Source of the DNA: Eledone cirrhosa
Taxonomy: Eukaryota
Assembly (NCBI GenBank): GCA_964016885.1
Contig: OZ024750.1
Coordinates: 11,532,001-11,596,000, forward strand
Direction: 5' to 3'
Length of the DNA: 64,000 bases
Each line of letters begins with the position of its first letter. Position 1 is the stretch's first letter. This document shows, in pieces, positions 56,729-64,000 of this stretch. The notes beneath the pieces were generated by a model that did not search any database, was not told the origin of the DNA, and saw only the letters and a program-made list of their open reading frames with translations. Made by a program: the position numbers and the translations under genes.

Positions 56729-57014
56729 GTCCACCAAATAATGTTGAAATGTCAGGAAAATGAACAGTGTATGAGTCATGAACCTGGGGTGATTTCAAGA
56801 AGTTTAGTACCAAAATGTTTAAATTAATCCCTGAAATTCTTCATATTTCTTCATAAGTCTTTTTCACTGTCATCTTGAGAAGGAGATTGGCTTGTAAAGA
56901 AATAACTGACAGAATCAATGAATGTAATAAATGGTTTCTACTGTTGACTTTCTTACACTCACATGTCTTCCATTTATCTTGCTGGCTGATTTCTTTTTAT
57001 ATCCTTTTCATTTT

Positions 57015-60692
<3,678 letters not shown>

Positions 60693-60759
60693 ACAACACC
60701 ATCCCTGTTATGATTGTTACTACCACACCCAACACAACAGCACCATTCCATCACTCCTA

Positions 60760-62205
60760 ATCCCACCACCATCATCACCACCATCATCACTACCACCACC
60801 ATCATCACCACCACCACCATCACCACCACCACCACCACCATCATCATCACTACCACCACCATCATCACCAGCACCACCATAATGTTGCTTATCACCACCA
60901 ACACCATCACCATCATCATCACCACCACCATCATCATCATCACCACCATCATCATCACCACCATCATCACCACCATCACCACCACCATCATCACCACCAT
61001 CATCATCACCACCATCATCATCACCACCACCATCATCATCATCACCACCATCATCACCACCATCATCATCACCACCATCATCACCACCATCATCATCACC
61101 ACCACCATCATCACCACCATCATCATCACCACCATCATCATCACCACCATCATCATCACCACCATCATCACCACCACCATCATCACCATCACCACCACCA
61201 CCACCACCACCACCACCACCACCATTATCACCACCACCACCATCACCATAATATTACATACACCCACCGCTACAACCACCATCATCACCAACACCACCAC
61301 CACCATCATCACCACCACCATCACCACCACCACCACCATCACCACCACCACCACCACCGCCATCATCACTACCACCATCATCATAATGTTACTTATCACC
61401 ACCGCCACCATAATATTACATACACCCAACACCATCACCATCACCACCACCACCACCATCACCACCACCACCACCACCGCCATCATCACTACCACCACCA
61501 TCATCATAATGTTACTTATCACCACCGCCACCATAATATTACATACACCCAACACCATCACCATCACCACCACCACCACCATCACCATCACCACCACCAC
61601 CACCACCGCCATCATCACTACCACCATCATCATAATGTTACTTATCACCACCGCCACCATAATATTACATACACCCAACACCATCACCATCACCACCACC
61701 ACCACCATAATATTACATACACCCACCGCCACCACCACCAACACCACCACCACCACCACCAACACCAACACCAACACCACCACCATCAAACATCATATCA
61801 TCATCACAACCACAACACTCCTTTATCTAACTGGGCAGGACATTATTCTGACCTTAGTCTTTCACTACAGTCTTTCATTACAACCACATATTTTTGACAT
61901 TCTCAAAGCCAGGCCTTCTGTTGTGTGGCCAGGAATATTACAAGGCATCTGTAATAATATATATACACTCCAATAAACGGGATTGGCATGGTTGGAGTGC
62001 TTTTGATCATAGGTTTGCTCACAATTGTAATTAATTTTGGCTTAAATAAGACAACATATGACTGCTACCGCTACTACTATTGCTACTGATGCTATTACTA
62101 CTGTTGCTACTACTACTACTGATGCTGATGCTACTACTACTACTACTACTACCACTACTAATGCTACTACTACTGCTACTGATGCTATTACTACTACTAC
62201 TGATG

Positions 62206-62257
<52 letters not shown>

Positions 62258-62343
62258 CACTACTACTACTACTGATGCTATTACTACTACTACTGATGCT
62301 ACTACTACTACTACTGTTGCTACTACTACTGCTGCTGCTGCTG

Positions 62344-62378
<35 letters not shown>

Positions 62379-62470
62379 GCTGGTGCTGCTACTACTACTA
62401 CTGTCACTACTCCTACTGATACTGCTACTTCTACTACTGGTGGTGATGATGCTGATGGTGGTGGTGGTGG
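60760..62470. repeat. (CAC/CAT)n and (CTA)n trinucleotide fields with higher-order units
   Basis: Direct reading. Confidence 0.92.
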
Positions 62471-63039
62471 TGCATCATTGTTCATTCTTATGCAACTGCT
62501 TTTAAACACAAGTTAAGACTTCTTATTCCCGAGCCACTTCCTTCAATTATTTCCATTCATCCTTTCTTGTAAATTAATGGTTCATGTTTAAACAGACAAT
62601 ACTCAGTATATTCTTCCTCCTATCACTGTTGGTCATCTGTGTTTATTAATGACAGCTTTGTACATACCTCATATAAGGCAGACCTTTAGTATTGAAAATA
62701 CAGAACCTTTATATTCATGAGAGCTAACTGCTCTACCAATGTGTTTCCCCTGCCCCTACTCTATTCAAACCCACCCTACTTTCTTCCCTCTGCATGCTGC
62801 TTTAGAGAGAGAGCCTTTTAAACAGAAAGTATAAATTCTCCCAACATTTCCACACTGTTCACACCCTAACCCCTTATTCTCTCTTATACATGCCTCATTA
62901 GAGACTGCTTTTGTATGGAAAAAAAGAAAGCCTTTATTTCCAACACAGCTCTCAATTTTCTCAATCTTGTTCACACCCTAGACATTATATTTTCACTACC
63001 CTACCACACTCCGTTAAACACTATTTATATCACATAGCT

Positions 63040-63805
63040 TGCAAAACTTATCTACTATTTCGCAAGTACCAACTCAACACCCTGTGGTTGCCTACTGTTC
63101 ATGTTGTTAACTACCGATGCAACTTAAGTTGCTTTCTCTGCTATCAATCTGTCATAAAGACCAAAGTACTAACTCAATGAAATCTTGACAAACTGGTTGC
63201 CTATACGAGTTGCTAACTACTAATGCAACTTAAGTTGCTTTCTCTGCTATCAATTTATCATAAAGACCAAAGTACTAACTCAATGAAATCTTGACAAACT
63301 GGTTGCCTATTATTCGAGTTGCTAACTACTAATGCAACTTAAGTTGCTTTCTCTGCTATCAATTTATCATAAAGACCAAAGTACTAACTCAATGAAATCT
63401 TGACAAACTGGTTGCCTATTATTCGAGTTGCTAACTACTAATGCAACTTAAGTTGCTTTCTCTGCTATCAATTTATCATAAAGACCAAAGTACTAACTCA
63501 ATGAAATCTTGACAAACTGGTTGCCTATTATTCGAGTTGCTAACTACTAATGCAACTTAAGTTGCTTTCTCTGCTATCAATCTCTCATAGACACCACAGT
63601 ACCAACTCAATGAAATATCAACACCCTGTTGCTAACTAGTGATGCATTTTCTTGTCTTTCCTATCAATCTCTCATAGACCTCACTGTACCAGCTCAATAA
63701 AATCTTGACAAACTGTAGTTAGCTACTGTTTATATTGCTAACCCCTGATGCAATTTGAGTTGTCTCCTATCAATATGTCAGACCTCACTGTACCAGCTCA
63801 ATGAA
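63040..63805. repeat. Minisatellite, ~109-bp unit x ~7
   Basis: aaactggttgcctat at 63190, 63296, 63405, 63514. Confidence 0.9.
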
Positions 63806-63934
63806 ATCGCTCCAGCAGAAAAACTCCATAACTATGAACATGGAGATGATAAAAGACAAATAATCTAAGCATACACACACACATACATACACACATTACA
63901 CACACACTCATACACACATATACACTTGAACAAA

Positions 63935-64000
63935 ATAATGGTTTCTTATATAGGCACAAGGCCAGCAATTTTGGGGGAGGGATAAGTCAATTAAATCGAC
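63935..64000 (-). mobile_element. Meta-domain SINE 3' end, cut by the window edge
   Basis: ggcacaaggccagcaattttgggg..gtcaattaaatcgac. Confidence 0.8.

Overview
Eukaryotic, AT-rich, repeat-saturated DNA. The SINE families and microsatellite load suggest an octopod cephalopod (inference). I found no intact host gene, and almost all ORF-track entries are microsatellite artefacts. Recognisable content: (1) a full-bounded but decayed hAT/Buster transposon with an 8-bp TSD, and several hAT, Tc1/mariner and piggyBac MITEs; (2) about 15 copies of a tRNA-derived Meta-domain SINE plus other SINEs; (3) RTE-type LINE fragments and 7-8 short CRE-clade fragments limited to the endonuclease end; (4) several minisatellites, three of them amplified from transposon sequence. 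The most interesting signal is a set of at least six unrelated short elements that sit in (TA)n tracts. They are usually built as inverted partial duplications and carry type I hammerhead-ribozyme cores, so they look like Penelope-like element ends or retrozymes. They are strung together into arrays at about 7.2-7.7 kb and 41.0-43.0 kb. One unit with the same architecture has captured an intronless 103-codon TBL1X/ebi fragment folded into a 158-bp hairpin. All calls were made by eye; repeat boundaries are approximate unless a TSD or TIR is quoted.
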